IMG/VR virus record: IMGVR_UViG_3300028197_000003
Coordinates: 64,001 to 128,000 of that record
Length of the DNA: 64,000 nucleotides
DNA from: a virus
Direction: 5' to 3' (one strand)
Position numbers and translations under genes: made by a program. This document shows, in pieces, positions 17,849-27,840 of the stretch (position 1 is its first letter; each line of letters begins with the position of its first letter). The notes beneath the pieces were generated by a model. It was not told the origin of the DNA. It saw only the letters and a program-made list of their open reading frames with translations, and searched no databases.

Positions 17849-18279
17849 ATAGTGGAGAACCAATTTACGAATGGTCCCCTGCAAAAATGATTGAAGTGGT
17901 TCTGCAAGAACCCGACGACTTTCTAAAAGTACGTGAAACACTGACTAGAATCGGTGTTGCTTCCCGTAAAGAAAAGAAACTCTATCAGTCTTGTCATATT
18001 CTGCATAAGCAAGGTAGATATTTTATCGTTCACTTCAAGGAACTGTTTGCTCTGGATGGTAAGAGAGCGAACTTGACCATCAATGATGTGCAACGTCGTA
18101 ATCGTATTGTCAATCTCTTAGTTGATTGGGGATTAGTCTTGATCTCTGAAGAGAACCTTGCAAATATTGCAGAGGTTTCACCACTGAATCAAATCAAAGT
18201 GATTTCTTTCCGTGAAAAAGGTGAGTGGTCATTAGAGACTAAGTACAATATTGGTAAGAAGAAAACCCAAGAAGACTGA
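17845..18279 (+). CDS. regA: Translational repressor RegA
   Basis: PDDFLKVRETLTRIG, LYQSCHILHKQGRYFIVHFKELF. Confidence 0.97.
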   Translation: MNSGEPIYEWSPAKMIEVVLQEPDDFLKVRETLTRIGVASRKEKKLYQSCHILHKQGRYFIVHFKELFALDGKRANLTINDVQRRNRIVNLLVDWGLVLISEENLANIAEVSPLNQIKVISFREKGEWSLETKYNIGKKKTQED

Positions 18280-18286
18280 GTTAGGT

Positions 18287-18294
18287 TATAAATA
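18287..18294 (+). promoter_or_regulatory. Late promoter TATAAATA
   Basis: Exact consensus upstream of hsp20. Confidence 0.85.
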
Positions 18295-18351
18295 AGTGTG
18301 GATGCCTTCGGGGTCCACACAAAAAACATCTGCCTTTACAGGAGATCTACT

Positions 18352-18792
18352 ATGTCTAACATCGAGAAATTTCGTGCAGCCGGTCTGCCGGATCTAATTG
18401 ATCGTATCAATAAGAATTCGCTTGGTTGGGATACATCATTCAACCAATTTTGGGAGTCCAACACGGTTGGTAACTATCCTCCCTATAACATTATCCAACT
18501 CAGTAACCACGAAACACGCCTAGAGATTGCACTGGCGGGGTTCAAGAGAGAGGAAGTCAAAGTATACTCTGAGTATGGCAAACTTGTCGTACAAGGTAAT
18601 CATGAAAGTGAGGATCCACGAGAAGCAAAGGTTGAGTATGTGCACCGTGGTCTTGCCAACCGTAGCTTTGAGCGTGCTTGGACGCTTAGTGAGGACGTAA
18701 AAATCGATAGTGTTACTTTTGAAGATGGACTTTTGATCGTAACACTAAAGAAAATTGTTCCTGATCATCATGCCCGAAAGGAGTACCTCTAA
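18352..18792 (+). CDS. hsp20: Small heat-shock protein (Hsp20/IbpA family)
   Basis: NYPPYNI, EIALAGF, HRGLA.RSF.R.WTL, GLL; AGGAG SD before ATG 18352. Confidence 0.95.
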   Translation: MSNIEKFRAAGLPDLIDRINKNSLGWDTSFNQFWESNTVGNYPPYNIIQLSNHETRLEIALAGFKREEVKVYSEYGKLVVQGNHESEDPREAKVEYVHRGLANRSFERAWTLSEDVKIDSVTFEDGLLIVTLKKIVPDHHARKEYL

Positions 18793-18817
18793 ATACTACG
18801 ATGACAGTCGTAATTTA

Positions 18818-19558
18818 GTGTACAATAGAGTCCTTCATCATATCAAAGCATCAGATCTGCGGGAAACTGCAGGTCTGACTTTGCGTTTTAGGGATGACTT
18901 GAATCCTAAGTTTTGGATTGCGGGTAAACTGAGACCAGAAGTGCGCCGTGCACTGATGAATTTTGCAAAAGCGTTTGCAGATTTTGTTGATCTGGAAGAT
19001 TCTGCAATCCAAGACGTGTTGATGCTTGGTGGTAATGCTGGATACAACTATACTCAGTACAGTGACATTGATGTTCACCTCGTTATCGATCCAAAACTTA
19101 TACCAAAATGTGATCCGGATCTAATCTCGGATTATTTTATGGACAAGAAGACGTTATGGGAACTAACTCATGATGTCAAAGTCTTTGGAGCACCTGTAGA
19201 ACCATACATTGAACGCCCTGGTATTACTAGAAAGGTAAGTCAAGGTGTTTATAGTGTTCTAAAAAACAAGTGGGTGCAGGAACCGCAAAAATTTGATGGT
19301 GATATTGATGAATTTGAACTGACTAAGAAAACAAACAACCTGAAGAACAAGATTGACATCTTGATTCAGACAGAAAAACCTGAAGCACTCAAGTCAATCG
19401 TCAAGAAACTCCGCGCCGCACGTTCATCCTCGCTTGATAAGTATGGTGAGTATGGTTTTGAGAACCTTGTTTTCAAAGAGTTGCGAAACTCTGGGTATAT
19501 TGATAAGATGCGTAAGTCCATGGTACAATTGAAGAACAGAAGATTATCCCTTCCATGA
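18818..19558 (+). CDS. Pol-beta-superfamily nucleotidyltransferase-like protein
   Basis: LGGNAGYNY...SDIDVH (hG[GS]...DxD). Start uncertain: the ORF track begins at 18755, GTG at 18818 follows CTAAATA. Confidence 0.7.
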   Translation: MYNRVLHHIKASDLRETAGLTLRFRDDLNPKFWIAGKLRPEVRRALMNFAKAFADFVDLEDSAIQDVLMLGGNAGYNYTQYSDIDVHLVIDPKLIPKCDPDLISDYFMDKKTLWELTHDVKVFGAPVEPYIERPGITRKVSQGVYSVLKNKWVQEPQKFDGDIDEFELTKKTNNLKNKIDILIQTEKPEALKSIVKKLRAARSSSLDKYGEYGFENLVFKELRNSGYIDKMRKSMVQLKNRRLSLP

Positions 19559-19824
19559 TCCAAATTTTAGTATTGAAGAATGATTTGGTCCTAATCTCAC
19601 GAGTAGAGGAGATTGGTACTGAATTGGGGGAACCCGACTGCAAACTCATCAAACCTTATAAGGTTATCTTGCATGAGGGTGGGTGTACCGATGACGTAAC
19701 TTACGAATCGTGGCCAGAGTTTACAGAGCAAAAGGAATTGATGATTCACTCTGATAGTATTCTGACCATAGTTGAACCTAACAAGCATCAACTTGAAAAA
19801 TACCAGCAGGTTACCGCTGAATGA
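19555..19824 (+). CDS. Conserved hypothetical protein (Sm-like)
   Basis: ELGEPDCKL..PY; typical gene ahead of gp43. Confidence 0.75.
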   Translation: MIQILVLKNDLVLISRVEEIGTELGEPDCKLIKPYKVILHEGGCTDDVTYESWPEFTEQKELMIHSDSILTIVEPNKHQLEKYQQVTAE

Positions 19825-22316
19825 GGTTTTACACTAACGTGCAGATGGTCGGCAACGATTTTCTGGTCCGTGGGTATGAAAACGGTAGTCCTATCAAAAC
19901 TAGAGAGAGCTATCAACCTACATTATTTGTTCCATCACGTAAGAAAACTCATTTCAAAACACTGGACGGCAAGTATGTCCAGAGCATTCAACCAGGTACA
20001 GTTAGGGATTGTCGTGAGTTCTACAAAACTCATGGTGACGTAGAGAACTTCGATATCTACGGTAATAATCGGTACGTATACCAGTACATATCTGATAAGT
20101 ATCCAGAAGACGAGATCAAGTTCGACATCAAAAAGATGAAGGTGGTTACCATCGACATCGAGGTGTCTGCTGAGAAAGGATTTCCTACAGTAGAGAACTG
20201 TGATGAGGAAATGCTTTGCATTACCCTACAGAATTACGCTACGAAGCGTATTCTTACCTTTGGTGTGGGTGCATATAATAATACTGACCCTATGGTCAAG
20301 TATGTGCAGTGTAATGATGAGTATGATTTACTTCAACACTTCATTACATATTGGCAGAGTGAGACTCCTGATGTGGTAACCGGGTGGAACTGTCAATTGT
20401 ACGACATTCCGTACCTATGTAAGCGCATCACACGTGTCTTGGGTCAGAAGATGTGTAAGAAGATGTCTCCATGGGGTCTAGTGACTGCTGAGGAGATGTT
20501 TATTATGCATCGTGAGCGCCTTGTCTATGACATTGCAGGTGTTACAGTCCTTGATTACATGGACTTGTACAAAAAATTTACCTATAAGGCACAAGAAAGT
20601 TATAGATTAGATTACATTGGTGAAGTTGAACTTGGTGAGAAGAAGTTAGATCACTCTGAGTACGATAGTTTCAAGGATTTCTATGCTAACGACTGGCAAA
20701 AGTTTGTCAGGTACAACATCCAAGACGTGAGATTGGTTGACTCCCTTGAGGAGAAGATGAAACTGATCGAACTTGCTATCACTATGGCATATGATGCCAA
20801 GGTGAACTTCACAGACGTGTTCTATCAGGTACGGATGTGGGACATGATCATCTATAACGACCTGAAGAAAAAAGGTATCGTTATTCCACCCAAAGCAGAC
20901 GAAGTAAAGAATGAAAAGTATGCTGGTGCCTATGTAAAAGAACCAAAACCTGGCATTTATGAATGGGTTGTGAGTTTTGACTTGAACTCATTGTATCCAC
21001 ACCTCATCATGCAGTACAATATCTCTCCTGAGACACTGTTAGATGAGAGATACCCCTCTGTCAGCGTCGATAAACTACTGAATAAGGAAGTAGACCTGTC
21101 GGGTCTTGAGGACGTTACTGTGTGCCCTAATGGCGCTATGTTTACCACTAAAACACGTGGGTTCCTGCCCAAATTGATGGACAGGATCTACAGTGAACGG
21201 GTGGTCTTCAAGAAAAAGATGATCCAAGCAAAGAAGGAGTACGAAAAAAATCCTACGAAGGCGTTGGAGAAAGAAATTGCCAGGTGTAACAACATTCAGA
21301 TGGCAAAGAAGATCCAACTAAACTCTGCTTATGGTGCCATTGGCAACAATTACTTCCGGTATTACAAACTAGAGAACGCTGAGGCGATTACTCTGGGGGG
21401 TCAGTTCAGCATCCGTTGGATTGAAAACCGGATGAATCTATATCTAAACAAATTACTCAACACTAAAGACCATGACTACGTCATTGCTTCCGATACTGAC
21501 AGTATCTATTTGTGTCTTGATTTACTTGTCAATAGTGTATTTGATGTACAAAAAGTTTCTAAAGAGAGGATTGTTGACTTCCTCAATGACGCCTGCGAGA
21601 AGCGATTTGAACCATACATATCGAAATGCTACGAGGAACTCTCGACGTATGTGAATGCATACGATCAGAAGATGTTCATGAAGAGAGAAACTATTGCTGA
21701 ACGTGGTATTTGGACTGCCAAGAAGCGATATATCCTCAATGCATGGGATATTGAGGGTGTGAGGTTTGCTGAACCAAAACTCAAGATCATGGGTATCGAA
21801 GCAGTCAAGTCATCTACCCCTGCACCTTGCCGTCAGATGATCAAAGACGCTTTGAAGATCATCATGACTAAAACTGAAGATGATGTAATTGATTACATTG
21901 ATAAGGTGCGTCGTGAGTTCAAAAAAATGGATCCTGCTGCTGTTTCTTTCCCCCGATCATGTAACAATCTGGACAAATATAAGAGTTCACTGTCCATTTA
22001 TGGAAAGGGTACACCTATTCATGTCCGAGGTTCATTGCTTTACAACCATTACTTGAAGAAGCATAAGTTAGACTCTAAATATAATGCTATCAACAACGGC
22101 GACAAGGTAAAGTTCTGCTATTTGACCAAACCCAACCCAACTCAAGAGAATGTGATCTCTTTTGTGGGCGATTTTCCAAAAGAATTGGGTCTAGCAAACT
22201 ATGTTGACTATACGTTGATGTTTGATAAATCATTTGTTGAACCGTTGAAGGCGGTTCTGGATGCTATTGGCTGGTCAGTTGAGAAAACTGCAACGCTGGA
22301 CCTTTTCTTTGTCTGA
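19821..22316 (+). CDS. gp43: Family B DNA polymerase
   Basis: Exo DIE, SFDLNSLYP, K..LNSAYG, SDTDS, KKRY; uninterrupted 831 aa. Confidence 0.98.
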   Translation: MRFYTNVQMVGNDFLVRGYENGSPIKTRESYQPTLFVPSRKKTHFKTLDGKYVQSIQPGTVRDCREFYKTHGDVENFDIYGNNRYVYQYISDKYPEDEIKFDIKKMKVVTIDIEVSAEKGFPTVENCDEEMLCITLQNYATKRILTFGVGAYNNTDPMVKYVQCNDEYDLLQHFITYWQSETPDVVTGWNCQLYDIPYLCKRITRVLGQKMCKKMSPWGLVTAEEMFIMHRERLVYDIAGVTVLDYMDLYKKFTYKAQESYRLDYIGEVELGEKKLDHSEYDSFKDFYANDWQKFVRYNIQDVRLVDSLEEKMKLIELAITMAYDAKVNFTDVFYQVRMWDMIIYNDLKKKGIVIPPKADEVKNEKYAGAYVKEPKPGIYEWVVSFDLNSLYPHLIMQYNISPETLLDERYPSVSVDKLLNKEVDLSGLEDVTVCPNGAMFTTKTRGFLPKLMDRIYSERVVFKKKMIQAKKEYEKNPTKALEKEIARCNNIQMAKKIQLNSAYGAIGNNYFRYYKLENAEAITLGGQFSIRWIENRMNLYLNKLLNTKDHDYVIASDTDSIYLCLDLLVNSVFDVQKVSKERIVDFLNDACEKRFEPYISKCYEELSTYVNAYDQKMFMKRETIAERGIWTAKKRYILNAWDIEGVRFAEPKLKIMGIEAVKSSTPAPCRQMIKDALKIIMTKTEDDVIDYIDKVRREFKKMDPAAVSFPRSCNNLDKYKSSLSIYGKGTPIHVRGSLLYNHYLKKHKLDSKYNAINNGDKVKFCYLTKPNPTQENVISFVGDFPKELGLANYVDYTLMFDKSFVEPLKAVLDAIGWSVEKTATLDLFFV

Positions 22317-22344
22317 TGCTATAATCAAACTACTCTGAGACTCT

Positions 22345-22515
22345 ATGGAACTTCCTATTACTGATAAAGAACTAGTAACAATCATCAACGCTCTGCGTCT
22401 TGGTGGTGACACTTCTCTTTATCAAAAACTGAATACTATTCACCAAATCCGTAAGGATAATCCTGGTGGTCCGTACAAAAAAATTGCTAGAGAGCAGTTC
22501 GGTTACGTTATCTAA
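22345..22515 (+). CDS. 56-aa hypothetical protein
   Basis: Hand-translated MELPITDKELVTIINALRLGGDTSLYQKL...; TGCTATAAT extended -10 at 22317-22325. Confidence 0.7.
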   Translation: MELPITDKELVTIINALRLGGDTSLYQKLNTIHQIRKDNPGGPYKKIAREQFGYVI

Positions 22516-22973
22516 TGTTTTTTGAAAAAGTGAGTCTGGTAACAGGCGGGTTTGACCCTATTCATAGTGGTCATTTGCATTATTTTGACTGTGCTAAAGA
22601 TTTTTCAGACTACCTGGTGGTAGGTTTGAATGGTGATCCCTGGTTGAAACGTAAGAAAGGTCAGTATTTTCAGTCTTGGACTGAGCGTGCTGACATCGTT
22701 CGCCATTTGGATATGGTTGACGCTGTGGTATCATGGGACGACGCTGATGACAGTGCCTGTGGTGCTATTGCTAAGTCCTTAGAGATTGCAGAGACAGTTG
22801 TCTTCTGTAATGGTGGTGATCGTGGTGCTGATAACACTCCAGAACTCCAACGATATAAAGATGACCCACGTGTTATCTTTGAATGGGGTGTTGGAGGACA
22901 AGAAAAAATGAATAGCAGTTCGTGGATTCTCCACGGATATTTTGAGAGGCAACGCAAACTACTAGGTATTTGA
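22515..22973 (+). CDS. HIGH-motif cytidylyltransferase-like protein
   Basis: TGGFDPIHSGH, GLNGD.WL.RKKG, NGGDR, KMNSSS. Confidence 0.88.
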   Translation: MFFEKVSLVTGGFDPIHSGHLHYFDCAKDFSDYLVVGLNGDPWLKRKKGQYFQSWTERADIVRHLDMVDAVVSWDDADDSACGAIAKSLEIAETVVFCNGGDRGADNTPELQRYKDDPRVIFEWGVGGQEKMNSSSWILHGYFERQRKLLGI

Positions 22974-22974
22974 C

Positions 22975-23985
22975 ATGGACTTTTTCAAAGACATCATCAA
23001 GGAGATTGGAGATGACTTCACCAAACTCGCATCGGATGTTGACGATACGGAGCGATTTGTTGACACTGGTTCTTACATTTTCAATGCCCTTGTTAGTGGC
23101 AGCATTTATGGGGGAATTAGTGGTGACAGAATTACCGCTATTGCAGGTGAAACCTCAACAGGTAAAACTTTCTTCTCTCTCGCTGTAGTCAAAGATTTTC
23201 TAGAGAAGAACCCTGATGGTGGGGTCATGTATTTTGATACAGAATCTGCTATCAAGAAGAACATGCTGGTGGCACGTGGCATTGACTTGCAGAGGTTTGG
23301 TCATGTGCAGGTTGTAACAATTGAGCAGTTCCGAAACCGAGCACTAAAGATTGTAGACAAATACCTAAGTATTCCTGAAGGTGATCGCAAACCCATGATG
23401 TTTGTCCTAGATTCTCTAGGCATGCTTTCCACTGAAAAGGAGATCAGAGATGTCCTTGAAGACAAGCAAACTCGCGACATGACTAAAAGTCAACTTGTCA
23501 AGGGTGCTTTCCGTATGCTCACACTCAAACTAGGTCAAGCTCATGTGCCGCTCATTGTCACCAACCATACGTATGATGTCATCGGAGCTTACGTACCAAC
23601 TAAAGAGATGGGAGGAGGTTCTGGACTCAAGTATGCAGCAAGTACAATCATCTATCTCAGTAAGGCAAAGGAGAAGGATGGAACAGAGATCGTCGGAAAC
23701 ATTATCAAGGCTAAGACAGTCAAGTCTCGTTTGAGTCGTGAAAATAAGGTTGCTGCTATTCGTCTTTATTACGACGAACGTGGTCTTGATCGCTACTACG
23801 GTCTACTGGATCTTGGTGAGTCCTCTGGTGTGATCAAGAAAGTTGGTAACAGGTATGAGATTGACGGTAAAAAGGTGTATGCTAAAGAGGTATACTCCAA
23901 TCCTGAAAAGTATTTCACGGAAGATCTTATGTCTCAACTCGATGAGGCGGCACAAAAAGAGTTCACTTACGGTGGGGGTGAATGA
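22975..23985 (+). CDS. uvsX: UvsX RecA-like recombinase
   Basis: AGETSTGKTF, DSLGML, TNHTY, MGGGSG.KYAAS. Confidence 0.96.
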   Translation: MDFFKDIIKEIGDDFTKLASDVDDTERFVDTGSYIFNALVSGSIYGGISGDRITAIAGETSTGKTFFSLAVVKDFLEKNPDGGVMYFDTESAIKKNMLVARGIDLQRFGHVQVVTIEQFRNRALKIVDKYLSIPEGDRKPMMFVLDSLGMLSTEKEIRDVLEDKQTRDMTKSQLVKGAFRMLTLKLGQAHVPLIVTNHTYDVIGAYVPTKEMGGGSGLKYAASTIIYLSKAKEKDGTEIVGNIIKAKTVKSRLSRENKVAAIRLYYDERGLDRYYGLLDLGESSGVIKKVGNRYEIDGKKVYAKEVYSNPEKYFTEDLMSQLDEAAQKEFTYGGGE

Positions 23986-25370
23986 CCGAAAGGATCCCGC
24001 TAACGATCCTCAGCAATCTGGTCACAGATGAAAACTATGCACGGCAGGTACTGCCGTTCATAGAACCCGATTACTTTGAAGAAAGGACTGATCGGGTAGT
24101 CTTTGAGCAGGTTGCTTCTTTTCTATCTGAGTATGATGCTCTCCCTAGTAAGGAGGTTCTTCATATTGAGATTGAAAAACGGACAGATATTACTCAAGAC
24201 GAGCACACCACTATCACTCAGTTGGTGTCCTCTTTGGAAGCAAGTGAGTCTGAGTCTAAGTGGTTGCTTGACACTACTGAATCGTGGTGTAAGCAACGTG
24301 CCATCTACCTAGCACTAATCAAAAGTATTCAGGTTGCTGATGGTGCTGATGAAAATCTCGCTCCCGATGCAATTCCTGGTATCCTTTCCGATGCTCTTGC
24401 TGTCGGGTTTGATCAAAGTGTCGGGCATGATTACCTTGACGATGCTGAGGCTCGCTATGAGTATTATCATCGGATTGAGAATAAAATTCCTTTTGATCTT
24501 GAATATTTCAATAAGATTACTTCGGGTGGACTCAGTGATAAGACTCTCAACATTGCTTTAGCTGGCACTGGTGTTGGTAAGTCTTTGTTCATGTGTCACC
24601 TTGCTGCTAGTGTTCTTCTCCAAGGGAAAAATGTTCTATACATTACAATGGAGATGTCTGAAGAGAAAATTGCAGAGAGGATTGACGCTAACCTTTTAGA
24701 TGTCAACATCTCAGATATACAGAATGTACCTGAACAAACTTTCAAAAAGAAAATTGCAAAGATTGTATCCAAAACATCTGGTCATCTGATTGTCAAAGAA
24801 TATCCTACTGCTTCCGCACATGTAGGACATTTTCGTGCACTGCTTCAGGAGTTGAAGTTGAAAAAATCCTTCATTCCTGATATAATATTTGTGGACTATC
24901 TCAACATATGTGCTTCATCTCGATATAGAGGTGCTGCCAATGTGAATTCTTATTCTTATGTCAAAGCAATCGCAGAAGAACTCCGGGGGCTCGCGGTCGA
25001 AACCGTTGTCCCAGTGGTCTCAGCTACGCAGACTACTCGCTCTGGTTTTTCTAGTTCAGATCCTAACCTTACTGATACTTCTGAATCATTTGGCCTTCCA
25101 GCTACCGCTGATCTTATGTTCGCTTTGGTTTCTACCGAAGATATGGAACGACTTAGCCAAATAATGGTCAAGCAGTTGAAGAATCGTTACAACGATATCA
25201 ACATGCACAAGAGGTTTGTCGTAGGGATTGACCGTGCTAAGATGAGACTGTACGACTGCGAGCAGACAGCACAGGATGACCTGGTTGACGACATCGTAGA
25301 AGTACAACACATGTCTAAAGAAGACAACACCAAATCCAAATCAAAATTCGACGACTTCAAATGGGAGTAG
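23982..25370 (+). CDS. gp41: Replicative DnaB-like helicase
   Basis: AGTGVGKS, VDYLNI, SATQTTRSG, TSESFGLPATAD, LKNRY. Confidence 0.97.
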   Translation: MTERIPLTILSNLVTDENYARQVLPFIEPDYFEERTDRVVFEQVASFLSEYDALPSKEVLHIEIEKRTDITQDEHTTITQLVSSLEASESESKWLLDTTESWCKQRAIYLALIKSIQVADGADENLAPDAIPGILSDALAVGFDQSVGHDYLDDAEARYEYYHRIENKIPFDLEYFNKITSGGLSDKTLNIALAGTGVGKSLFMCHLAASVLLQGKNVLYITMEMSEEKIAERIDANLLDVNISDIQNVPEQTFKKKIAKIVSKTSGHLIVKEYPTASAHVGHFRALLQELKLKKSFIPDIIFVDYLNICASSRYRGAANVNSYSYVKAIAEELRGLAVETVVPVVSATQTTRSGFSSSDPNLTDTSESFGLPATADLMFALVSTEDMERLSQIMVKQLKNRYNDINMHKRFVVGIDRAKMRLYDCEQTAQDDLVDDIVEVQHMSKEDNTKSKSKFDDFKWE

Positions 25371-25762
25371 ATTTTTCTAGTTACCAACACTTTGTAAACA
25401 CAGTGACAAGTAAAGAATCACAAGATTCTGATGCTTTCATCTATCGTTTGCAAGAACTTGGTAGCGAAATTCCAATCCAACGTCTTCTAACTGCTGCTGT
25501 AGGCATCTCTGCTGAAGGTGGTGAGTTTACGGAGATCGTAAAGAAAATGATTTTCCAAGGCAAACCTGCTAATGAGGAAAACTTGTACCACCTAAAGCGG
25601 GAATTGGGTGATGTAATGTGGTATGTGGCACAAGCATGCATGGCACTGGACGTGGACATGAATGAAGTGCTAGATATGAATATCAAAAAACTGGAATCCC
25701 GTTTCCCCGAGGGTACTTTCAGTGAGTTCTATTCAGAGAATCGTAAAGATGGAGACATCTAA
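25361..25762 (+). CDS. mazG: MazG-like nucleotide pyrophosphohydrolase
   Basis: AEGGEFTEIVKK, KRELGDVMWY. Confidence 0.92.
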   Translation: MGVDFSSYQHFVNTVTSKESQDSDAFIYRLQELGSEIPIQRLLTAAVGISAEGGEFTEIVKKMIFQGKPANEENLYHLKRELGDVMWYVAQACMALDVDMNEVLDMNIKKLESRFPEGTFSEFYSENRKDGDI

Positions 25763-26438
25763 TCTTTGCATAACCTGCATCAAAATTGGAGACAAATTTG
25801 ATGCAGGTTATGTGAACAAACTCTATGATATGGTGCATCGTCAGATTGATGTACCATTTTTTTGTTTTACTGATAACCCTAGTGGCATCAAAGAAGGTGT
25901 TACTGTGGTTGAGATTGATGTTACTGAATATTCTCAATGGGAGAATTGGTGGCCAGCATGGTGGAAGATCAATATGTTTGTCCGCCCTGAAATACAGGAC
26001 TTCAAACGTAAAATCTTCTTTGATTTGGATGTGATTATCCATGGAGATCTTAGTAAAATTTATGAATTCAATAGTCCATTTGCTTTGGTCTATTCTTCTT
26101 GGAAAGGATTACAATTCCAAGTCAAAAACCCAACCAAATCGATGTTCAATTCCAGTGTAATTGCATGGGATGATGCAAAGCACATTTATGATCATTGGAT
26201 GCAGGATGCTAAGGGATTCGTTGCCAAGTATGCTGGAACTGATGACTTCTATCATAACGAAAAGATCAAAAGATATCGTCTCCCACCTATCATCTACTCA
26301 TATAGGGATGGTTGTATTCCAGGGCAACAAAATTGTTTAGAATTTAGACCATGGATGGGACTTGCTATTCTCCATCAGCACCCTAAGAACCATGAACTAG
26401 ACCCAAATATACATATTATTGCTAGGTATTGGGGATAG
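25749..26438 (+). CDS. Putative GT-A glycosyltransferase
   Basis: CIKIGDKF...YVNKL, CFTD, WWKINMF, FFDLDV (DxD), FNSSV. Confidence 0.7.
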   Translation: METSNLCITCIKIGDKFDAGYVNKLYDMVHRQIDVPFFCFTDNPSGIKEGVTVVEIDVTEYSQWENWWPAWWKINMFVRPEIQDFKRKIFFDLDVIIHGDLSKIYEFNSPFALVYSSWKGLQFQVKNPTKSMFNSSVIAWDDAKHIYDHWMQDAKGFVAKYAGTDDFYHNEKIKRYRLPPIIYSYRDGCIPGQQNCLEFRPWMGLAILHQHPKNHELDPNIHIIARYWG

Positions 26439-27538
26439 TAATGGCAAAGATTGATCCAAAGCATCTCAAGAAATATACTGTCAAGTGGATTCTTTCTAAT
26501 GAACCACTTGATTTTTTTATGAGAATTGCTAAGTCATTCGAGCATCATATGGATCGCCGCATGCCTGGTAGAGTCAATTTTGAAATTATGTCTGCTCAAG
26601 AGTATGCAGTCAAGTATAATGATGGAGTTGAGATTGATCATGATGATGTGCTTAGATTGTTGAAAGAAAATGAGATCCAACTAGCAGATTTTCCTGCACC
26701 TTTGTTTGCACAAAAGATCAAAGAGCGTTATCAGAATCGTCAAACTAGGGGGAAAGATTTAGATTTTGTTGAAAGTGATTGGTCAAGCATTGAAATGCCA
26801 TTTCTTTTTAGAAATGAAACGCATGCCACTGCGTTTATGCAGTCCCATATGGGTGAACAACTTCTTTACTATCGTAATCAGTTGAAAGTAAAACCTATGG
26901 CAATGGTGTCTTGGGGTGGATCTAAATTGATTGCTGGGGACAAACCCTATATGTCACCTGAGGATTTTGAAGGTAGTAAAGTTAGTCTCCAATACCATAC
27001 TGCAGTAGCAGAGAAAATTTTTGAGTCTTTGGGTGCTGAGGTCACTGATTCTGACGCTGATGCATATGAGACAGACATGCCCTCCTTTGATATGTCTAAG
27101 AAGGTGGTTACTGAACTGAATCACAGCATCAATACTAATATTATCCTTGCATCTCATGAGTTCTGGAGGAATGTAATCAAGTGTGAGTGTGATTACAGAG
27201 AGCATACTAAAGAAGAAGAGGACGGTTGTCTAAGAAAACAATTGAAACGTGCATGCAATGAAGCAACACGTGATAGAGACGTGTGGAATGATGAAATGAC
27301 TGCTAAGTTTAGGCAAGAATGTGAGTCAAGAGGCATTGAGTTACATCAGGTATCTGACTCCACTCCTTTCAAAGAAAAGACTGCTTCTGTATATGATCAG
27401 TTTGTAAAATTCTTCTATGACGAACAGTTTATTGACAGTGAAAGTGAGGTTGTCAAGCATGACCTCAGAACAAGAGTCAATGATTTGTCTGACAACAGTA
27501 GAAGTGCTTGGTGTGACGACCTTACTATTGACCAATGA
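26429..27538 (+). CDS. DctP-like TRAP substrate-binding-fold protein
   Basis: EMPFLFRN..HA, G..LI....PY.SPEDFEGSKV, FESLGAE, VTELNHS...ILAS.EFW; no signal peptide seen. Confidence 0.75.
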   Translation: MGIVMAKIDPKHLKKYTVKWILSNEPLDFFMRIAKSFEHHMDRRMPGRVNFEIMSAQEYAVKYNDGVEIDHDDVLRLLKENEIQLADFPAPLFAQKIKERYQNRQTRGKDLDFVESDWSSIEMPFLFRNETHATAFMQSHMGEQLLYYRNQLKVKPMAMVSWGGSKLIAGDKPYMSPEDFEGSKVSLQYHTAVAEKIFESLGAEVTDSDADAYETDMPSFDMSKKVVTELNHSINTNIILASHEFWRNVIKCECDYREHTKEEEDGCLRKQLKRACNEATRDRDVWNDEMTAKFRQECESRGIELHQVSDSTPFKEKTASVYDQFVKFFYDEQFIDSESEVVKHDLRTRVNDLSDNSRSAWCDDLTIDQ

Positions 27539-27840
27539 ACGAAGAACTAATTGACTCCATCATCAAGATGTACCGATCAACCTCAGAAGGTAGTCGGAGG
27601 ATGACAAAGAAACGACGAATGAATAGTTTTTGTCGTTTTGTATTGGCGCTTACTAGCAACGATAAATACAAAGAGTACCAAACACCTTTGATGGTGTGGG
27701 TTCAGAAGTATCAGGATCAAATTTACAGCAAACTAAGTGAAGAAGTTCTCGACCTTCATAACCGAAGCCCGCGTTACCAAAGCATCGCAAGAAGCGAAGC
27801 GTTTGGGACTAGTCGGGGACGGTCACGGCGATTGGTATGA
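27535..27840 (+). CDS. Hypothetical protein
   Basis: 101-aa ORF whose 3' end overlaps the next gene. Confidence 0.55.
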   Translation: MNEELIDSIIKMYRSTSEGSRRMTKKRRMNSFCRFVLALTSNDKYKEYQTPLMVWVQKYQDQIYSKLSEEVLDLHNRSPRYQSIARSEAFGTSRGRSRRLV

